Positions 54,386 through 64,000 of a stretch of DNA of 64,000 nt are shown here, one piece after another (the first letter of the stretch is position 1; the number at the start of each line of letters is the position of its first letter). The stretch lies in assembly GCF_009914755.1 (NCBI RefSeq), contig NC_060942.1; one strand, 5' to 3'. Below the pieces are notes generated by a model. It did not search any database. It saw only the letters and a list, made by a program, of their open reading frames with translations, and was not told the DNA's origin. The stretch comes from the human T2T-CHM13v2.0 reference genome, Homo sapiens. The translations under genes were made by a program, and so were the position numbers.

Positions 54386-55116
54386 CTGCCGTTCCCAAAA
54401 GAGCACCCTTTGTCAGCAGGAAGCAGTTACGATTGGTCATCATCCTTATCCTTATATTAAATAAGCATTTTTTTCTTAGAAATTTTAGTTCACTCCTCTT
54501 TATCATAGTCCATATTTCTATATAATATTTTTCAGCACTACCAGTCCCAACCATCTCTCTGCCTCCCAGGCTGTAAATGGGGAATACTAACAAGAAAAAA
54601 CCTCCAGCTCTGAGCTCAAGTCCTGAGAGTTTTTCTAAGTATTTCTGTCACATTAATTAAAAACAATCTTGTCCAAATTGTAATTTCCACATAGGAGGAA
54701 ATAGGGTTGGGAGAGGAACAAGTCAAATGCTCATTATTATTTTTTTCCCCTCAATTTAGAGAACTAGTGTCGATTTGCCAGTGGACATTTGTCTTTCCCA
54801 AGATTTCCTGTCTTTTACTAACCTTAATATGTGTTATCCGTCCTATTCAAGTTTAAGGGATCCGCTAGGGCGCCACACTCCATAGAACTCAGCAAGTTTA
54901 CTTTAAGAGCATGAATCAGAAGAGAGTGATACTTACCTTTTGGGAACTAGAAAAGGCATGAGACTTTGTTCACTCCACAGCCTGCCTCTAGACAGAAGGA
55001 GTTCACAATCTAGGGACACACTGATGAATGAAATGCCAATAATATCCCTGGCTGTTCTTTGAATTTTGCTTTGAACCATGGTATAACTGACATGCAGTAA
55101 ACTGGAAATACTTACC

Positions 55117-55280
55117 ATGTACAACTATATATACATATATATGCATGCTTGTGCGTGTGTATATACACATGTACATATACACGTATATACATGTATATAC
55201 ACATGTATATATACACGTATATATACATGTATATATACATATACACACACATATATATATATATTTACACATACCTACAC
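55117..55280. repeat. Compound TA/CA (CATATA-type) low-complexity repeat
   Basis: Direct reading. Confidence 0.9.
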
Positions 55281-55289
55281 AATCTGTGA

Positions 55290-56060
55290 AACTACATTCA
55301 AGATAATAAATGTATCTCCATGAACAAATTATCTTGTGCCCCAAATGTAATCATGTTCAGTAGCTCCTAAACTTCCAGGCACAAAAAACACAGATAAGCT
55401 ATCTTTCCCTACAGGTTAATTTGCATTTCTTACAATTTTATGTAAATGAAGTCATACTAGAAGTGCTTTTGGTAGGGGAGGGGCAGAGAATTACTGTCTT
55501 TAACTCAGAAAATTTGAGATGCATACGTGTGGTTGTATGCATCAGTAGCTAATATGTTATTGTCTAGCTTCGTTTAACCATTTACCTATTAGCAGATATT
55601 TATGTTCTTTCCCGTTTTGGCTACCTCTAATAAAATTGCTGTGGATATTTGCTTATTGCTTTTTGTGTAGATATGTGCTTTTCACTTCTCTTGAGTAAAA
55701 ATGTAGGAGGGAAATAGCTAGATCACATGGTAGGTATATGTTTAATGTTTCAATAAAGTGTAAAACTATTTTCCAAACAGATTTTGCCATTTTACATTTC
55801 TACCAGCAGTGTATGAGCCTTAATTTACTTCATCTCCTCCTGAACATTAGGTATGATTTAACTTTTTAATTTTAGATATTCAAATAGGTGTGTAATGGCA
55901 TGTCATTGTGGTATTTTTTGTCTATTAATATGATATATTACGTTGATTAAATTTCAAATGTTGAATCAATCTTGCATTCCAGAGGTAAAACACATTTGGT
56001 CACTATTCATTGTTCTTGCAATATATTACTGGATTCATTATGCTAAAATTGTGCTAAGAA
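55290..56060 (-). mobile_element. L1M fragments (3' end and ORF2)
   Basis: 'tagctagatcacatggtaggtatatgtttaatg...ccattttacatttctaccagcagtgtatgag' and 'ttgaatcaatcttgcattccagaggtaaaac'. Confidence 0.8.
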
Positions 56061-57595
56061 GTGTAAGACTCGCTATGTCAAAAATTTAAAATCTTTCAAG
56101 ACACATACTTTCATTTATTTCTTAGTTTATTTTTTAATCACAGTATAGCTATTTATTTTATTATCTTTGTCATTGCCACTATGTGATTAATAGGAAGTCA
56201 TAATTTGCATTTGAATGGCTGCATGCAAATTTATGATTACCTACTTTTTCCATTATTAAAGTTAAGACTGGAATGTGGACATTCAACATACTTTCATTCT
56301 TTGAACAATTTTCATGCTATCAATTACCCTATAAAAATGGTATTTTTTTATAAATCTTGATGCATAGTCTAAGACAATATATCAATTTATAATGTTGTAT
56401 GACAGACAACCTAATAAATATTGGGCATTATTCTTCTTTTCAATAATTTCTTAGCTAAATGGAACAAGTGAATAAAATTTCATCTTGATAATACATTCCC
56501 ATTTCTGGAGATTTTTTCAGTCAAAATTATCTTAAATGCTTATTTTCCATTACTAAATTTTATTTGTAAGCTAAATGTTTTTATCAATCTTTACTTTTCC
56601 TTATAAGTTGTTAGCTAATTGGAAAAAATGTACACATTTATTATAAACATTTTCTCTGTTTTGTCATTTTTGTTGCTGTAGCAAATTTAGAGGAAAATAG
56701 AATGCTTTATTTATATGGATGCAGATAACTTTTATCTATTGCTTTGTGTTTCTTGTATTTATATTAATTTTAGAAAATGATGCTTTGTCCAGGCTACTAG
56801 TATTTAGTTTTATGTTTGGCAATTTTATCATCTTATGGTGATGTAATTCCTATTTTTTAAGTCTAATCAATTAATTCTTCAGCTATTTGTCAATGTTCTG
56901 AAGAGTATGTACTAAATCTATTAATTCTTTCATTTTTAACCAAACATCTTAACCCTTTGTATTGAATATAACTTTTTTATAGCAATTTTTTTATCACTTT
57001 TTATCATAGTGAATTTTTCTATATAAGAATGTTTTTCAGAGCTACTTTGTCCCTACCAACCATCTGTCTTTGCCTCTGCTAGTGACAGATGGTTTTAATT
57101 ATTGTTTCATTACAATTAGCACTTTGTAATGTTGATAAATATCTGTCAGTGTAAATACAGAGAAAAAATAACTAGGTTATAGAAAAATAACTATGTTAAA
57201 GAAAAGTTATTCACGAAAAGCAAAAAAAATTAGAGTGTATTGTTGTGTAATCATCCACATAGCTTGAGAATTGGTCTCATTTGATTTATTAAACTGTATT
57301 TTTTCAATTATGCCTAAATCAGATTGTTCCTATTTATCTTCATCAGGTAAGACTGAATGTGAAAACAGTATAATACACAGCATGGCAGGTATTTTTAGAA
57401 CAACTGTTTTGACTCTTAATCTTTTATTTCTTCTACTGTCTCTGTTGTATCAGGCATTATATATTACTGTCACCCTCATATGACTTGTAATAGTTAAAAG
57501 TAGTCCAAAAATAGGCATAGGCTAAGACACTGAAATAAATAAAATTGTTGAACAGGTTTGAAACTGACATCATTATCCATTCCAAGTTTACTGTC

Positions 57596-57952
57596 TGATA
57601 TGGTTTGGCTGTGTCCCCACCCAACTATCATCTTGAATTGTAGCTCCCATAATTCCTGGGAGGGACCTGGTTGGAGGTAATGGAATTGTGGGGACAAGTC
57701 TTTCTTGTGCTGTTCTTGTGATAGTTAGTAAGTCTTGTGAGATCTGATGGTTTTATAAGGAGGGGTTACCCTGCACATGCTCTCTTTTGCCTGCCTCCAT
57801 GTAAGACATCCCTTTGTTCTTTTTTCATCTTCTGCTGTGTTTGTGAAGCCTCTCCAGCCATGTGGAACTGTGAGTCCATTAAACCTCTTTCCTTTATAAA
57901 TTAGCCAGTTTTGGGTACATCTTTATTAGCAGCATGAGAACAGACTAATACA
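57596..57952 (+). mobile_element. THE1 (B/C-like) solo LTR
   Basis: tgatatggtttggctgtgtcccc...gagaacagactaataca; TSD ctgtc/atgtc. Confidence 0.95.
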
Positions 57953-58894
57953 ATGTCTCCTACTGAAAACAGAAAATAAAAATAACTACATGTCCCATAT
58001 ATGTGTTAACATATCAAATGAAATGATTTACTCTAGTTAGCTGCATATCTATGCCTAGCCTTTATCTCTATAAATCTAAAATAGACACAAGCACACAACT
58101 TGTTATAACAATGTAGCTATTCTACAAATCAATATATTAATACTTGGAATAGAAACACATTCAGAGATCGACAATATAAGGTCTTAGTGAGCAAAATAAA
58201 AATAGTGATTATTTCATAGCAAGAATGCAAGACTTATTTTGTCATTCATCTCTAAATTAACCTGTAAACAAATCTCTTTACTTCTAGTTAAAAGACAGAA
58301 CTAGGGGAAGAGTCAGCAAAGAATTTCACTTATGGGAGCACAGTTACCATTGAGGGCCCAGAGAACTGTTTGTATGTACAAGACTCCACCCACTCAAAAG
58401 CAATCAGAGAAGGAAGAATGACAGATGAGAAAGTTTTCCTCAAACCACACATAAGGCATCTTATATATCCATAATAAATGGCCTCAAAAATAATTAAAGA
58501 AAACATTTCCACTTACAATAGCTTAAAAATGCAGAAGTTTTAAATCTAACAAAATAATAGTAATATTTGTGTATTACAAACTATATCGTTGTTAAAAGAT
58601 ACTAAAGAAAATTTAAAGACTTGGAAAGACGCCCATATTCACGAGTGAAATATTTAATATTTTTAAGATGACAATATTCCCCATATTGATGTACAGATTT
58701 AACATAATTCCTACCAAAATTCAAACTGGCTAGTCTGCAGAATTACAAACCTTTCCAAAACTCCACTGGGAAATGCAGGAGACACGGAATAGCCAAAACA
58801 ACTTGAATAAGAACAAAATTGTAGGATTCACATTTCTCTATTTTTAAATTTACTATGAACCTACAGTGATAAAGACTGTGTGATACTGGTATAA

Positions 58895-58912
58895 AGATAG
58901 ATGATAGATAGG

Positions 58913-58947
<35 letters not shown>

Positions 58948-58990
58948 TAGATAGATAGATAGGCAGGCATTAGGTAGGTAGGTAGGTAGG

Positions 58991-59026
<36 letters not shown>

Positions 59027-59033
59027 CAGATAG
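58895..59033. repeat. Complex (GATA)n/(GGTA)n tetranucleotide STR
   Basis: Direct reading. Confidence 0.97.
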
Positions 59034-59753
59034 AATGAATTTAAGAATCCAGGAATAACCTCTTATATTTATGGCAAATAATATGGAGGCAAGTCTGCTA
59101 AATACTTTAACAAAGAGAACAGTCTTTTGGACAAAAGGTGCTGAGACTACTGGAAATCCACATGCAAAAGAACAAAGTGGCATCCCCCACCCTGCCAACA
59201 CCATATTCAAAAATTCCTTTAAAATGGATACAAGCTAAAACTATAAAACTTATAGATGAAAACACAAGAGTAAATATTTGTAATTTGGAATTAAGTAACT
59301 GTTTCTTAGTTATGACACCAAAAGCACAAACAAAAAGAAAAAAGTTGATTAATTAGACTGCATCAAAATGCAAAATGTTTGTGTTTCAAAGGGTACTGTC
59401 AAGAAAGTGAAAAGACAATCTACAGGATAGTGAAAATATTTGCCAGTCATACATCTAAAAAGGGACTTATATCCTGAAGACATAAGAACTCTGATGCCTC
59501 AATAATAGAAGCAAATACCTAGTTAAAAACTGGTACAGAATTTAAATAGACATTGCTTCAAAGAAGATTTGCAAAAGGACAGCAAGTAAGTTAATGATGC
59601 TCAAAATTAATAGCTATTAAGGACATGCAGATCAAAACCACAGTGAGAAACTACTTCACGCCCACAATGATGGTTGTAATAGAAAAGACACACAAAACCA
59701 AGTGGTGGCAAGAAATTTAAAGTGGTATGGCTGCTTTAGAAAATATTTCATCA

Positions 59754-60156
<403 letters not shown>

Positions 60157-60265
60157 CTACACAGGAGGCTGAGGAAGGAGGGTGGCTTCAGCCCAGGAGG
60201 TCCAGGCTGCAGTGAGTTGTTTCTACCACTGCAGTCCAGCCTTGGTGACACAGCAAGACCCTATC

Positions 60266-60296
60266 AAGAAAGAAAGAAAGAAAAGGAAAGAAAGGA

Positions 60297-60340
<44 letters not shown>

Positions 60341-60351
60341 GAAAGAGAGAG

Positions 60352-60448
<97 letters not shown>

Positions 60449-60704
60449 GGGAGGGAGGGAGGGAGGGGAGGAGGAGGAAGGGGAGGAGGAGAAGGTGAAG
60501 GAGGAGGAGAAAGGGAGGGAAAAAAGGAGGGAGGGGAGGAGGAGGACGGGGAGGAGGAGGAGAAGGAGGAGGAGAAAGGGAGGGAAGAAGGGAGGGAGGG
60601 AAGAAGGGAGGGAGGGAGGGGAGGAGGAGGACTGGGAGGAGGAGGAGGAGAAGCAGAAGGAGGAGGAGAAAGGGAGGGAAGGAGGGAGGGAGGGAGGGAA
60701 AGAA
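60266..60704 (+). repeat. (GAAA)n plus (GGA/GAGG)n homopurine tract
   Basis: ~440 bp almost entirely purine on the + strand. Confidence 0.97.
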
Positions 60705-61564
60705 ACCAGTTCATCAGTTTCTCAACGTGTTGAACATAGGGCTATCATAAAATCCAGCAATGCTACATCCAGGTATACTCAAGGGAAATGAAAATATGTG
60801 TCCACAACAAAACCATTACAAGAAAAATGATATCAGCACATTTCATAAAAAAGTGATTAGTAGATAAATACATTTGTGTCATGCCCATATAATGGAATAT
60901 TATTCAGCAATAAAGATCAATAAAATGCAACATGAATACATTTTGGAAACATTATGCTAAGTGAGAGAAGCAAGTTACAAAAGACTTATCTGGTTCCATT
61001 TATGTAAAATGCTTGGAACAGGCAGATTTACAGAGATTAGTGGTTGCCTAGACTGCAAATGAGTTTCTAGAGGAGTAGGGTGTACTGTCAACTGGAATAG
61101 CTTTCTTGTTGTGGAACAAAATTGTTCTAAAATTAAATTTTGGTGATGTTTGCACTTCCTTGTGAATTTACTAAAAAACTTTGCATTGTACACTTTAAAT
61201 AAGTGAATTGTGTGGTATTTCTAGTGTAACTCAGTATTGCTTTCTGTTTTTAACCGAAATTCTTGTTTAAAAAATTAAATTGGGTAATTTAGTAAATAGT
61301 TTTTAAAAAGGTGTGAAAGAAAAAGTATTGCATTTTTATTATATTTTCAAATCAATATGTCTGGCACATAATTATCTATGTTTTAAAAGCAGGAAGTCTA
61401 TAAAACAAACTTTAAGTTAGTTTGAGTCACAATGTAATATAATCCACATTAATGGTATTTTACTGCATTACAATACATAAAAAAGAAAGAATAAAAGTAT
61501 ATGTAAATCATTGGCTGAATTGCCTACCGGCACTAACTAGAAGTTTTAAGCAGCTAAACAGGAA

Positions 61565-61709
61565 GGTATTATAAGTAATGTTGAGATGAACTGAAGTATA
61601 CAAGAGAAGGTGTACAGGTTATGTACAAATACTATACCATTTTACACCAGTGACTTGAGTGTATTCGAATTTTGTTACCTACAGCAGGTCTTTGGAACCA
61701 ATCCCCTGT
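61565..61709. mobile_element. MER2 (Tigger-family) fragment
   Basis: 'ggttatgtacaaatactataccattttac...gacttgag...ggaaccaatcccctgtggatacc'. Confidence 0.8.
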
Positions 61710-61998
61710 GGATACCAAGAGCACACTATACTGTTTTATTGATCTGATAACCAAGATTGCTAATAAGCGACAAAGGGGTGAGTAGTATAGACAGTGTGAG
61801 TATCCTGGACAAAGAGCTGGTTCACGTCCTGGATGGGATGGAGTGGAATTGCAAGATTTCAAGTTGAAAGCATGAAACTTGCAAGTGGAACTTATGAATT
61901 GTTCATTTCTGGAAGTTTTTATTTAATATTCTCAAACTGAGGTTGACTGTGGTAATGGAAGCTGCAGAAAGTGAACCTACGAATAAGGGGGACAACTG
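61710..61998. mobile_element. MER82 (Tigger-family) fragment
   Basis: 'ttgatctgataaccaag...ctggacaaag...aacttatgaattgttcatttctggaag...gaataagggggacaactg'. Confidence 0.75.
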
Positions 61999-62034
61999 TG
62001 TATTTATTTAGTGGATAAGAGAATTGAATTTTAG

Positions 62035-62192
62035 AAAATATGAAAATCAGCTGGCTGTGGTGGTGGGTGCCTGTAATCCCAGCTACTTGGGAGGCTGAGG
62101 CAGAATTGCTTGAACTCAGGAGGCGGAGGTTGCAGTGAGCCGAGACTGCGCGATTGCACTCCAGCCTGGGTGACAGGAGTGAAACTCTGTCT

Positions 62193-62224
<32 letters not shown>

Positions 62225-62238
62225 GAAAAGAAAAAAAG
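62035..62238 (+). mobile_element. 5'-truncated Alu (right monomer) with (GAAAA)n tail
   Basis: Starts at the mid linker; probable TSD agaattga on both sides. Confidence 0.9.
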
Positions 62239-63229
62239 AATTGATGTCGAGAAAACTTTTGTCCGATTGGAAATGACATACATTGAGAAGTCCTATTTAC
62301 ATTTGTGGAAAGTCTCATAGCCATTATATACTAGAATGACTCTTCTTTTTTTTTTTCAAACAGAAGAGTTTGTCTAATCCTTGAAGAATTGTTTTTCCCC
62401 CCAAATATCCCTCTCTTATCAGTGTGGCAGGATGCACTGGACAATCATTAGCATCTAACTCTTTTTAGCATTTCCGCAGTTCTGGCTGGATCATTATAAT
62501 TCTAACCAAATACATCAAAGCAGTTGGATTTGCAAGAAAATTAAATTAATTCAAATTTTACCAATTATAAGAAAACCTCTATATACTTTTTCAAATTGTC
62601 TATGAAAGAAAAGGTGAACTCTTGGTCAAGCTCTTTAAATATTTTTGTGCAAATAAAAAGTTTTAAAAGTAAAGAATCATGGCAAATATTAATTGTCAGT
62701 GTGCATATGGCTGGTTGAGAGAGAAAAAAAGAGTAGTTTGTAAGCCTTGGTATCTCACAGAATGCTAGATTACTCAAGCAGCTTAAATTGATTTTAATGT
62801 CTGCAATTCACCTTATGTTTGTAACAATTCATATGTCAATATGGTCAGTAATATGTGTGTTCTTTCTTTTATATTTAAATCTCCTAGCTTTTCCAACATC
62901 TAACACAGGAAATGATTTTTGAATAAATGAATTAATAGATGGCTTAATTCCTCATTTATCTGAGGTCCTGAAATTGTATCTTGAACAATTTACAGACTGG
63001 CTGGTTTGATGGATAAAGAGATGTGAAATATTGGAAGAGGATTAAATATAAGAAACCCACAGGAGTTTTTGAGATGGAACAAAGTATTTTGCAATTGGCT
63101 ATCAATTGCTGCAAGGGGCATTACAAACTCCACTGAAAGATATTAAACTTATTGTTTGTATTACCTTCTGAACCACATTATATAACTAAAGGGAAATTTT
63201 ATATATATATATAACTAAAGGGAAATTTT

Positions 63230-63268
<39 letters not shown>

Positions 63269-63557
63269 TACACACACAGATATATCTACATATAAACTTA
63301 AAAGAAATGTAATACTGGGTTAAAGCAAAGGACATCATTTGAGGGTTAACTTGGAGATGATAAAAGAGAATTTTTTTTGAGAAATCATATTTTGAAGTAC
63401 AATGAAGTGAAGAAGAGTATATAACAATGTCAAGTCTGTATTTATGTAAAAATCCCACACTAAAGATTCTGACATTTCTGCTGTAAAATAAATTCCTTAA
63501 AAAGTTACAAAACTTCACAAACTGAAACTTTGAGACTGAAAAGCAATGTGGCAATAG

Positions 63558-63974
63558 TGAGGTACGAGGCAAGACTTGACTCTAGACCAGACTGAAGACT
63601 GGCTGAAACAGGGAAGAGGTGATAGCACCTCTCCATAAGACATGCCCTCTAGTACCATGTCCGTTTGCCATTGCCATGGCAACGACCTGGCAGTTACAAT
63701 GCTTTTTCTAGGAATTTCTGAATAACCCACCCCTTAATTTGCATGTAATTAAAAGTAGGTGTAAATGTGACTGCAGAACTGCACCTCAGCTGCTACTCTC
63801 AGCACACTGCTTGTGGAGTAGCTGCTCTGCAGGAGCATTCACGGAGCTGTAACACTGCCACCTCAATAAAGCTACGTTCTTTCACCACTGGCTTGTTCTT
63901 GAATTCTTTCCCAAGTGAAGCCAAGAACCTCCTTAAGCTAAGCCCCCATGTTGGAACTCACCTGCCCAGCATCA
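63558..63974 (+). mobile_element. MER66-like ERV1 solo LTR
   Basis: tgaggtacgagg...cccagcatca, AATAAA at 63865, perfect 4-bp TSD ATAG (63554-7, 63975-8). Confidence 0.85.
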
Positions 63975-64000
63975 ATAGGTTCTGGCAGCTCCACAAATGG

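Noticed and set aside
60182-60791. Longest ORFs (183, 163, 98, 93 aa; K/E/R/G- or P/S/F-rich)
   Set aside because: Translations of the GAAA/GGA microsatellite, not genes.
63181-63245. Short tandem duplications (~30 bp here; ~19 bp at ~14344-14380 and ~57162-57198)
   Set aside because: Ordinary slippage-type duplications, common genome-wide.
63554-63978. ATAG flank shared with the ERV 5' LTR (48222-48225), suggesting this is its 3' LTR
   Set aside because: Different LTR family with its own complete ATAG/ATAG TSD; a 4-bp coincidence.

Overview
AT-rich primate (very likely human) non-coding DNA, intergenic or deep intronic. I found no credible protein-coding exon, RNA gene or CRISPR array; the supplied ORFs are almost all Alu, L1, LTR or microsatellite read-through. 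Roughly half the window is recognisable transposon debris: about 14 Alus or Alu fragments (one near-consensus AluY), L1PA/L1M and L2/MIR pieces, MaLR LTRs (THE1, MST, MLT1), MLT2 and LTR16, ERV1 solo LTRs, DNA transposons (MADE1, MER20, MER91, Tigger3, MER2, MER82), and a ~6.2 kb MER61-type non-autonomous ERV1 with a 5' LTR, a tRNA-Ile-like PBS, gag and env remnants and no 3' LTR. Two things are not explained by these features. (1) A ~360 bp A-rich segment at 23750-24110 shows essentially no CpG depletion, resembles no repeat I recognise and is bracketed by an 8-bp direct repeat, so it looks foreign to the host genome. (2) Three 115-185 bp sequences are copied 1.2-1.9 kb away (two direct, one inverted), and a tandem duplication has an inverted-templated junction, consistent with templated break-repair scars. 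Repeat subfamily names are from my recall of consensus sequences, not from a database search.
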